DNA of 47,651 nt, from contig CBDVCJ010000001.1 in assembly GCA_965372445.1 (NCBI GenBank), positions 1-47,651 of the forward strand, written 5' to 3'. The number at the start of each line of letters is the position of its first letter. Position 1 is the stretch's first letter. The position numbers and the translations under genes were made by a program. Below, one piece after another: positions 18,590 to 26,549 of the stretch. The notes beneath the pieces are model-generated. The model saw only the letters and a program-made list of their open reading frames with translations. It searched no databases and had not been told where the DNA came from. The DNA is from an uncultured Thermoplasmata archaeon. Its GTDB lineage: Archaea > Thermoplasmatota > Penumbrarchaeia > JAEHCK01 > CBDVCJ01.

Positions 18590-19234
18590 ATGCGTAGATT
18601 TATTGTTATTGGCCACCGCGCTAAAACGACCGGGGACTTCACCCTCAACGATCTCTGTGGTTCCGGCGGGCGTATGGATATATTGACTCGATGCGTTAAT
18701 TCCGCATTTTTTTTGTCACACGATCTCAGGCGCAATGTCGAGCTTAATTTGGTGCTTTGCGGCGGTGAGGCGTCGCCGAAAACAATAAGGCTTGTCGGCG
18801 ACGAGCTGCGGTATTTGAACCCCGACGAACGCAGCACAGGTGCATTACTTAGAAATGCGCTAATGAAATTTAACTCCACTGAAGTTGCTTCCCCCAAAAA
18901 AAGCGATCGGACACAATTTAATGAAATTCGGTCCACACCAGGAATTTTTATTTCAGATCGTGGCTTTCAAGAGGTCGTGGGATCATGTGCTGAAGTTTCG
19001 AGAATAATATACCTTTCCGAAGAAGGTCAGGACATTGGTGATTTTGGACTATCTAAGCAGGATCAAGATCTCACTTTTGTTTTAGGTGACGATAAAGGTT
19101 TATCCGAGCAAGAGGAAGAAATATTACAGAAATATAACCCGATATGTGTTAGCCTTAGTCCGCTGATACTACATGCGGACCATTGCATAATTTTAGTGCA
19201 TCGAGAATTAGATGAAGAGTTTTTGTCTAAATAA
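18590..19234 (+). CDS. trmY: tRNA (pseudouridine54-N1)-methyltransferase (SPOUT, DUF358)
   Basis: 214 aa. The N-terminus MRRFIVIGHRAKTTGDFTLNDLCGSGGRMDILTRC matches the TrmY family pattern. Confidence 0.8.
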   Translation: MRRFIVIGHRAKTTGDFTLNDLCGSGGRMDILTRCVNSAFFLSHDLRRNVELNLVLCGGEASPKTIRLVGDELRYLNPDERSTGALLRNALMKFNSTEVASPKKSDRTQFNEIRSTPGIFISDRGFQEVVGSCAEVSRIIYLSEEGQDIGDFGLSKQDQDLTFVLGDDKGLSEQEEEILQKYNPICVSLSPLILHADHCIILVHRELDEEFLSK

Positions 19235-19261
19235 ATAACTTTGGTTCATCTCCCAATTTAA

Positions 19262-19434
19262 GGCAAGATAGTTATTATAGTGGCAAGATGGGGCGGTGGT
19301 CTGTGGAAATACCAAGACAATTGAAGATAGAAGCTAGAAAATGGAAGATAGAGATTAATTGGCTCTAGCTTCCATCTTCTTGCTTCTAATATCTTCCCAC
19401 ATACCACATCCCAAACTTGCCACTAAAAATTGCC
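19262..19434. repeat. Nested palindrome with GAAGATRG core and family-G outer arms
   Basis: The left arm AGTGGCAAGATGGGGCGGTGGTCTGTGG (19279-19306) faces CCCACATACCACATCCCAAACTTGCCACT (about 19396-19424). The inner GAAGATAG/CTAGCTTCC motifs are mirrored around 19355-19362. Confidence 0.8.
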
Positions 19435-19524
19435 ATTAAGACATTCGTAATAAAATTCTATTTCCCCAAAATCGGGAGAAGTACTATAACTTTTAATGGC
19501 AGGGTATCTAAAATAATTTATCGA

Positions 19525-22104
19525 TCAAGGCATGAACTCATAGCCCGAGCTGGTTGATTTTAAGGTGTACAGTAACTGGCCGGTTTCGGCATCTAAGGCT
19601 AACGTATAACCTTGGGTCGGGTTTTGGATATAGAACGCGTACCTCGATCTTTCAAGCACTTGTATCGAGGTTATATCTATTGTTGGGTACGCCACATTGG
19701 CTCTTACACCATATGACACATTACCGAAATCTACCCTCCCCTGGTTATTAAACAAATTTTCATCGATCTCGGTATCCGTCAAATTCACCAGTATTTGCTC
19801 GGAGCTCGCAAAAGTCAATATCGGGTCGAAATCGCGGCTGGAGTTGGGTATGGAATCGATGATGAGCTCTGTACTATCAAACACCCCGTTCTTATCGACC
19901 ATGATATTAAACCCTTCTTTGCTATCTTTCACACCAAATGTCAGATTCCAAAATAGATCCTGGATCTCTCTCTCACCAGTCCCCGCACAATATCCCTTAA
20001 CAACGTAAAGGTTTGGATGGCTATTTTTATAGGCAACAAATCCTGCATCGGTTTCTACATATTGGATCGCTTGCTCGGGGGGATAGGCATTAAAGCTATT
20101 CGGTCCCTGGCCTTGGGACGGCAGATATTTCCAGGCAGAATGATTTTCGTATTCTTTATACAGCACATTCGAATAAAAATGCCCGCCACCAGGTGCAGAT
20201 GCATCGCAAGAGTCGGGTATTACAGTACTCCCAGCGCTATAATCCTTCATCACCGAACTATGGACGATCGTGGTGGTGTTGCCTTCAAGGGTGCTTTCGA
20301 TATAAATATACATCATTACCGGGAACGAAACATCCTCTGCAACCCATACGTTCATGAAAAATTCATCCAGGTTGTTGCGTGCCATTGTCGAGCTATCTAA
20401 GGTCAAATTGACTTTGATCGCCGGACTATTATACACGAAATCGACGCTTTCGGCTTTCCAAATATAGATTATATTGCCGTATTCCACAGCATCAGTATGT
20501 CCGAGCTCGATCGGCTCGTCGGCTAGGTCCTCGATCCTGAACCTTTGGGGCTCCTTGCGCAGGTCGGGATACGAGCGTAATTCGTTATGGGATGTCATTG
20601 GCATATCGATCGCGCCAATGATCGGGATATTGGCAATTGATAATGTTAGATCAATATCATTCACCACATATGTTTTAATGGTGTTCAAGGTTTTATAATC
20701 GGTATAAGCTTCATCCTCCGAGTTCATCGTACCGTCAAGCTCGGCAGTGAACTCATACGGCTCCGGGAAGATCGGATGGGTGGCGGTGCCTTTCACCTCG
20801 CCCGATAGATCCAGGTTCTGTTTTGTCTCTCTTCTATATGTCGAATGCTTTACCCAAAACCCATCCTCAATATTGGGCGCATCTTTTAGCTGTGTGCTCA
20901 TCGGATCGATATCTTGAGTGTTAAAGTTCATATGGATATCTCTGATGACCAATGTGATCTCTTCACCCTCATATACAGTTTTGAAGCTAACGATCCCGTC
21001 AGGGTTGGTCAGGTCGAAGAACCCCTTGACATCGTACTCGCCGTAATCATCCAGATTCTCGGAGGTCAAGGTTATGCTGATGGGTTTAACTGTTATGCCA
21101 ACAGAATCGCTATCTTCATATGAACCCTTTTTAACGGTCAAGGTCACAGTATAATTCTTCTCTATACCTTCACTCGGACTGAAATAGCCCGTTACCTTCC
21201 GGTCGCTCAAAGTGCTGGATTTCAATTTGAAATCGTTATCAATTTCCCATAAGTATTCGTCGATATCGCCTTCCGAGTCAATCGCATCAAATATAATGAT
21301 CTCACCTGCATTATAATCGGTAAATGCTGGCTGGACTGTTATTATCGCATCTAATACAGGTGGCGTCGTCGATCCATTACCATCCTCTCTTGTGCTGTAA
21401 TAATAGTAAGAAACGATAGTTGCCAAAATCACAACTACCGCGATCAATATAGCCTTACCTTTATTTGAGGCCCGTTCACGTTTAATTGGCGCTTTACGGC
21501 GGCGTTTGGGGCGCGGCGCCTCTTCTTCCTCTTCTTCTTCAAGCTCTTCTTCAGCCTCCTCTTCTTCATCATCAGACGCACGCTCGACATCGCCCTCCTT
21601 CAAATCCATGATCTTGAACTTGACCTCTTTGCCCTCCTCGAGGCCTTTAACTTCGATTGGCTCCACAGCAGCCGCTTCCAGCTCGCGGTCGGCAGCGCGC
21701 ATTTGGCGAGTCTTACGGGTCGGCAGTCTTGCAGGTGGTTTACCGACATGTATCACAGCTTCTTCAGCCTTTTTCGGTACTTCTTCGGGCTCTTCAACCT
21801 CCATAGGCTCCCCTAATAGCATCAGCGAATCCTTAGGCGCGGGCTTGGATGGTGGCGGCGGTGCTTCCGGCGGGGGTGCGCTCACTTTGCGCGCCTCTGC
21901 CAAGATCTCGTCTTTGCTACCAATTTGGCTTTTTAGTATTTGCAGACGCCGACGCTTAAACTCATCAAAATCAGAACCCAGTAGCTCTTCCAAGTTTTCA
22001 GTATCGAACCCCAACTCTCGCCACTCTTGAATCTTCCGAAGATACATCTCCCTCTCTTCTACCGAAGGTAAATTTGGGTTTGTCGGGTCCCCTGACATAG
22101 GCAT
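19525..22104 (-). CDS. Type-II (N-in) membrane protein with a large ectodomain
   Basis: The cytoplasmic N-terminal ~260 aa carry a Pro-rich stretch and an EEEEAEEELEEEEEEE block. The TM helix is AILIAVVVILATIVSYYYY. A PKD-like module (YTVTLTVKKG...) and an ~550-aa uncharacterised ectodomain follow. I prefer ATG 22104 or 22098. The track start 22263 runs through the (GGCGAAA)n repeat. Confidence 0.75.
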   Translation of the reverse strand: MPMSGDPTNPNLPSVEEREMYLRKIQEWRELGFDTENLEELLGSDFDEFKRRRLQILKSQIGSKDEILAEARKVSAPPPEAPPPPSKPAPKDSLMLLGEPMEVEEPEEVPKKAEEAVIHVGKPPARLPTRKTRQMRAADRELEAAAVEPIEVKGLEEGKEVKFKIMDLKEGDVERASDDEEEEAEEELEEEEEEEAPRPKRRRKAPIKRERASNKGKAILIAVVVILATIVSYYYYSTREDGNGSTTPPVLDAIITVQPAFTDYNAGEIIIFDAIDSEGDIDEYLWEIDNDFKLKSSTLSDRKVTGYFSPSEGIEKNYTVTLTVKKGSYEDSDSVGITVKPISITLTSENLDDYGEYDVKGFFDLTNPDGIVSFKTVYEGEEITLVIRDIHMNFNTQDIDPMSTQLKDAPNIEDGFWVKHSTYRRETKQNLDLSGEVKGTATHPIFPEPYEFTAELDGTMNSEDEAYTDYKTLNTIKTYVVNDIDLTLSIANIPIIGAIDMPMTSHNELRSYPDLRKEPQRFRIEDLADEPIELGHTDAVEYGNIIYIWKAESVDFVYNSPAIKVNLTLDSSTMARNNLDEFFMNVWVAEDVSFPVMMYIYIESTLEGNTTTIVHSSVMKDYSAGSTVIPDSCDASAPGGGHFYSNVLYKEYENHSAWKYLPSQGQGPNSFNAYPPEQAIQYVETDAGFVAYKNSHPNLYVVKGYCAGTGEREIQDLFWNLTFGVKDSKEGFNIMVDKNGVFDSTELIIDSIPNSSRDFDPILTFASSEQILVNLTDTEIDENLFNNQGRVDFGNVSYGVRANVAYPTIDITSIQVLERSRYAFYIQNPTQGYTLALDAETGQLLYTLKSTSSGYEFMP

Positions 22105-22169
22105 GTAATCGGAATAATAATAACTGTTTGGAGAATATAAAATTTGTGGTTTGTTACCCTTTTTAAAAA

Positions 22170-22231
22170 GGCGACAGGCGAAAGGCGAAAGGCGAAAGGC
22201 GGGGCCGACAAGCTTTCGTCTATCGTCTTTC
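22170..22231. repeat. (GGCGAMA)x4 heptamer array facing CTTTCGTCTATCGTCTTTC (family C)
   Basis: Heptamer units are at 22170, 22177, 22184 and 22191. The complementary arm is 22213-22231. Its two mismatches are G:T on the + strand. Confidence 0.85.
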
Positions 22232-22262
22232 AAATTAAAACAATTTAACCGCAGATGCCTCA

Positions 22263-23315
22263 TTAATCACATAAATTCAACTTCAACTTCGCCGCGACCC
22301 CAACGGCTTTTGTATATTCGGTCAATTTCAACCGCCTATCTATATCGTCGTGGTCGAACGCGTGCCATTCCGGGTGGTACTGGTCCATAACATTCACACG
22401 CACCCTCGAGGTATCTAAATTTGCCGCGAGCCATTTCAGTATCGGTTCAGAACAGCACTCGATATGGTTCGGCAGTACCAAGTGTCTTACGATCATCTCG
22501 GTTTGCGAATTCGCAAGTTTGTGGTTGCGGCTGACGATCCCCCAATAATTTTTAACATTCGATAATCGCTTGCCGCATTTATTGTTGCCGTATTTAAAAT
22601 CCGTTAAATATACGTCGATCACCCCATCGAGCAACTTCATCGCCTCTTGGGTGAGATACATATTGGAATTCCAGACCTGGGCGATGTTCTTGTTAGCGTA
22701 GGTCAGCACCTCGAGTATGAACGCAAGATTGCTCGTAGGGTCGCCACCGACCCAGTTTGCGTTACGCGCACGTGCGCCAATATCCTTCAACATCCTCGCC
22801 ACGATCCGCGGCGCGATCTCGAGGCCGCCGGTCGGGTTCTGGCTGATGTCCCAGTTCTGACAGAATACGCAATCGAACGTACAGCCGGCAAAGAAAAAAG
22901 TATAGGAAGGCACAAGCTCAGATTCCTCGCCATGATGTAAAAACTCGGATGAGATCCGCGAGTTGCCGACCCCGCAATGCCCTAATTGGTCAGGCCGGGC
23001 AGCTTTGCAGCGACGCTCGCAAAATGTGCACTCACGAAAGATACGGTTTGCGAGCTCGAGCTTAAGGTCCAATAACGAAACCTTTGGCGATCCAACCTCT
23101 TGGGGGTCTGTCTTGTTCTTGAGCTTCAGATCTCCCTTGAATCTATTGTAATATGTCGCCAAAGCCCGGTCATGTTCGCTCCACAGCTCATCAATAGCAG
23201 CATTTAAATCCAATTTGACCGGTAACAATTTAGCTAACCTATATCTTGGTAAAGCCTCACCATTAATGATCGCGTAATATCTGGGCAATGCACGTTTGGC
23301 AGCGTTCTCGAACAT
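22263..23315 (-). CDS. Radical SAM enzyme, PflX-like (putative glycyl-radical/activase family)
   Basis: 350 aa with the CxxxCxxC cluster motif CTFDCVFCQN. The layout resembles COG1313-type proteins. Confidence 0.85.
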   Translation of the reverse strand: MFENAAKRALPRYYAIINGEALPRYRLAKLLPVKLDLNAAIDELWSEHDRALATYYNRFKGDLKLKNKTDPQEVGSPKVSLLDLKLELANRIFRECTFCERRCKAARPDQLGHCGVGNSRISSEFLHHGEESELVPSYTFFFAGCTFDCVFCQNWDISQNPTGGLEIAPRIVARMLKDIGARARNANWVGGDPTSNLAFILEVLTYANKNIAQVWNSNMYLTQEAMKLLDGVIDVYLTDFKYGNNKCGKRLSNVKNYWGIVSRNHKLANSQTEMIVRHLVLPNHIECCSEPILKWLAANLDTSRVRVNVMDQYHPEWHAFDHDDIDRRLKLTEYTKAVGVAAKLKLNLCD

Positions 23316-23354
23316 TACACCACAATTTCTATAGTCTAATAAGTAGTTTTCGAA

Positions 23355-24347
23355 ATGATGACGATACCCGATCTATACGAATATGTATACTATTTAACAC
23401 GCCAGATCCCAACGGGAATGGTAAGTTCCTACGGCGCGATCGCCAGTGCCCTGGGTGATATCCGTGCCAGCAGGGGCGTGGGCGAGGCCGAGCACCTTAA
23501 CCCCACAGCGGTGATCATGCCCTGTCACCGGGTGGTCTATTCTGACGGTGGGCTGGGTGGGTATGGCGGTACCGGTGGCCAGGGGCGTAAGATCGAGCTG
23601 TTAGCTACGGAAGGTGTTGATGTTAAAGACGGTAAGATCGTGGATTTTGAGAATGTACTTTTCCGCGATTTCAAAACCGAGTATCCGTTGAAACAGCTAC
23701 GAGACCAGCAGCTAAAATATAGAAAAAAGATAGTAACAAAAAACAGTTTAGAAGCACAAGCCCTCGTCAAAAAAGGCGGTTATATCGCAGGTATCGATGT
23801 CGCCTATTCGGGGTGGGACGGTTACGGTGCCTGTGCGGTTATGGGATACCCGGATCTTGAGTTAGAAAAGGTGGTGACTGCAAAAACCAGAATTAAACTT
23901 CCTTATGTCCCGACCTATCTGGGTTTCCGTGAATTTCCTGTAATAGAAAAGCTCGTGAACCAAACCAAAAAATTGAAGTTGGAACCGTTGGTTTTCATGC
24001 TCGACGGAAACGGTATACTCCATCCTTATGGCATGGGGCTGGCGTCGCATATGGGTGCTGCGCTGGATATTACTACGGTTGGTGCTGCCAAGAGACCTTT
24101 GTGTGGTAAGTTGGAGAACTATCCAGAAAAAGAGGGCGAGGCGAGTAAGATACTTTTTGAAGGGCAACATATAGGGTATGGTCTGAGATCGTCGCTCAAG
24201 GCCAAGAACTTGATCTATGTGTCGGCAGGGCATAATATCTCGAATAAGACCGCTTTAGATATCGTTACGAAGTGTTGCAGGACACGCATTCCGGAGCCGA
24301 TAAGGGAAGCGCACAAGGCGGCGAGTCGTTTCAAGGCCCAGGAATAA
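23355..24347 (+). CDS. nfi: Fusion of an O6-alkylguanine-DNA alkyltransferase domain and endonuclease V
   Basis: The N-terminal ~90 aa carry the active-site motif PCHRVV. The remainder has EndoV motifs GIDVAY, GFREFP, DGNGILHPYGMGLASHMG and VGAAK. Confidence 0.85.
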   Translation: MMTIPDLYEYVYYLTRQIPTGMVSSYGAIASALGDIRASRGVGEAEHLNPTAVIMPCHRVVYSDGGLGGYGGTGGQGRKIELLATEGVDVKDGKIVDFENVLFRDFKTEYPLKQLRDQQLKYRKKIVTKNSLEAQALVKKGGYIAGIDVAYSGWDGYGACAVMGYPDLELEKVVTAKTRIKLPYVPTYLGFREFPVIEKLVNQTKKLKLEPLVFMLDGNGILHPYGMGLASHMGAALDITTVGAAKRPLCGKLENYPEKEGEASKILFEGQHIGYGLRSSLKAKNLIYVSAGHNISNKTALDIVTKCCRTRIPEPIREAHKAASRFKAQE

Positions 24348-24393
24348 TCTGGATTTTTAACCGCTGAATTTTATTGTTATTTTTAATTTTCTC

Positions 24394-24556
24394 GCACCCC
24401 CATATATAAACCGCAGAGTACGCAGAGGACGCTGAATTAAGGTGAGGTCTAGGGACGCTGCCTAGAATTTATTGGGTTATTTTTACTAATAATTCCTACT
24501 TCAATATATATTCAGCGTTCTCAGCGACCTCAGCGGTTTAATAATGGGGGGCGGGG
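24394..24556. repeat. Nested palindrome, family D (CGCWGAG 9-mer arrays) with C5/G6 outer layer
   Basis: AAACCGCAGAGTACGCAGAGGACGCTGAAT (24408-24437) faces ATTCAGCGTTCTCAGCGACCTCAGCGGTTT (24510-24539). The outer layer is GCACCCCCATATAT vs ATAATGGGGGGCGGGG. Confidence 0.85.
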
Positions 24557-24647
24557 ATCAAAACTAAAAACCAAAAACTAATAAACGCAAATCACGAATC
24601 AGGGAAAAAAAATCAACGCACTTTGTCCCCTTAGCGGTAAAAAACCT

Positions 24648-25187
24648 TCAATCTCGGTAAACAAACTCTTCCCTAAAAACAACCTCTCCTGTCTTTAAGT
24701 AAACAATCCACACTTCGATAATGTCGCCATCTATTATGTTCTGTGCTTGAAGCTCTGGGGGTGCATCGAAACCTATACTTTCGGTTTCTTCCCACCACTC
24801 ATCAGGGGGTGGACCCGTTACGTCATAAGTTATGTTGCCATCCTCAGGCCATTTAAGTGAAACTGGCATTTCTCCTTCCTTACACACTCTTATTATGTAA
24901 TCCTCCATGTTTACACGATTACCTGCGCCTTTTGTTAGTACAAATAGGCATCCGTTGGAAATATTATCATCACCTTGCCTCAATTCTGCCACCATTATCT
25001 CTATTGTAGGAGGAGTTCGTGTCCAATGTCTAAATGATAAAAAAGTTATAAAAGCGGATAAGATAATAAAAATTAATAATATTGCCAAAACACAAATTCC
25101 TAACTCTTTTTTGTTAAATTCTTTTGCCCCATCTCTATTTTCTTGGGCCTCTGAATTTTGAACTTTAGGATTTTTCATGGGTTTCAA
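24648..25187 (-). CDS. Small N-terminally anchored membrane protein (paralog 1), function unknown
   Basis: 179 aa with one TM helix and a ~110-aa ectodomain. It is clearly homologous to the neighbouring disrupted gene (shared ...WPEDGN..., IGFDAPP, GD.IEV...GEV). Confidence 0.6.
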   Translation of the reverse strand: MKPMKNPKVQNSEAQENRDGAKEFNKKELGICVLAILLIFIILSAFITFLSFRHWTRTPPTIEIMVAELRQGDDNISNGCLFVLTKGAGNRVNMEDYIIRVCKEGEMPVSLKWPEDGNITYDVTGPPPDEWWEETESIGFDAPPELQAQNIIDGDIIEVWIVYLKTGEVVFREEFVYRD

Positions 25188-25299
25188 TATTTAATATCTA
25201 TAATTATAGTATATATTATTAATTAGAACATGTAGGCTACATGTAGCGTCTGAAAAATTATCAACCTTATTTCCAAAATAATGTAACGTAAAATTTTCT

Positions 25300-25919
25300 T
25301 CAATCCTGATATGTAAATTGCCCCACATAAGCAACCTCACCCGATGCCAGGTTGATAATACTAACTTCGATAACGTCGTCATCTTCAATCCCGGTAAGGC
25401 CAGGCGGTGCATCGAACCCTATGATCTCAGTTGTGTCCCACCACAGCTCGTCATCAGATCTTAAGTTGCTGTCGATACTGGAGGCAGTTGTATTGCCATT
25501 TTCCGGCCACCTTAAAGAAATAGACGAACGACCTCGCTCGCTAATTTTGAACCTTAATCAGCGATCTTTACAGGTTCCCCGCTACCTTTTTGCAGCGTGA
25601 ACAGGCACCCGCAAGTCATGTTGCCCGGCCCTCGTTCTAAGTTCGCAACGATATTTTCTACCCAGATTTCTTCTGACGAGCTCAAACTTGAAACCCAAAC
25701 ATATAAAATACCAGCTAAAATGAGAGGGATCATTATAATTATAATAATAACAACCACAATGATTATTATGATCTTTTTGTTATCTTGAGGTGGTCGAGGT
25801 GGTTGATAAGGATATGGATACTGGTAACCAGGATACTGAGGATATTGTGGATACTGTGGCGGTTGAGGTGGTTGTTCCCCTTGTGGCGGATCATATGCGG
25901 TACTTCTCATTTCACTCAA
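25300..25919 (-). pseudogene. Paralog 2 of the small anchored protein, interrupted by a 1-nt frameshift near 25554-25557
   Basis: The 121-aa ORF (25554-25919) stops at KIAD*. A second frame continues LRFKISERGRSSISLRWPENGN...IIGFDAPPGLTGIEDDDVIEVSIINLASGEVAYVGQFTYQD* to 25300. This continuation is collinear with paralog 1. Confidence 0.65.
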
Positions 25920-25977
25920 TTGAATGATAAAGGGTTTACTATTTATTATTTTCTAAAAACTAATGGACAATTCAACA

Positions 25978-26525
25978 GAAATCCCAAACTCAAAATATGT
26001 CAAGGTTACGTCCGACGGTTACGAAGCCCGTAGGGTTAGCTTGACGACATACAGATATTAAATCTAAAGTCAAGATAAGCCCGAGGTCTTTGGACGAAGT
26101 CCAAAGTCCGTAGGCTTGAAGTCCATAAGGACGAAAGCCCTCGGGCATGAATGTGCCCGTGGGGTTGAAGACTGGAAGTCGAAACCCCGAATGCATTGTG
26201 CAGGGCTCAATGCATGTGTCGAAGCTCGCGGAACGGTTTCGAATTAACTTTTTCAATAAACAAAAAAACCGCAGAGTCGCAGAGAGCACAGAGTATAAAC
26301 TGATATTATGAAATCTATTCTCTGCGTTCTCTGAGCCTCTGGTGTTGAAGTCCGTAGGACGAAACACCTCAAGTAAAAAAAGTTAAAATCACCAAAATAT
26401 CATTTTTTACTTGTGCGGTTGGTTTTTTTGAAAATAATCAAACACGAACTTCATGTTTCTCTAATCATTTTAAAAATTAGAAATTGGGATTTTGAGTTTG
26501 TTTTGGATTTTGAAATTTGGGATTT
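25978..26525. repeat. ~550-bp composite of nested palindromes and short hairpins
   Basis: The outer pair is GAAATCCCAAACTCAAAAT (25978-25996) vs ATTTTGAGTTTG...TTTGGGATTT (26489-26525). Inside are CGTAGGGTTAGCTTGACGA (26029-26047), CTTTGGAC-gaa-GTCCAAAG (26088-26106), GGGCATGAATGTGCCC (26143-26158), ATGCATTG...CAATGCAT (about 26190-26215) and a family-D palindrome (26267-26346). Confidence 0.8.
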
Positions 26526-26549
26526 ATTATGCTAATCTGATGAATATTG

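Noticed and set aside
24648-25187. The small anchored paralogs might be archaeal type IV pilins or archaellins.
   Set aside because: I found no class III signal peptide pattern (short charged leader, [KR]G-small cleavage site, then a hydrophobic stretch). The N-termini are long (one is P/Q/Y-rich) and look like uncleaved type-II anchors.
25550-25560. Programmed ribosomal frameshifting in the disrupted paralog.
   Set aside because: I saw no slippery X-XXY-YYZ heptamer or obvious downstream stimulatory structure. A simple 1-nt indel, from mutation or assembly error, is more parsimonious.
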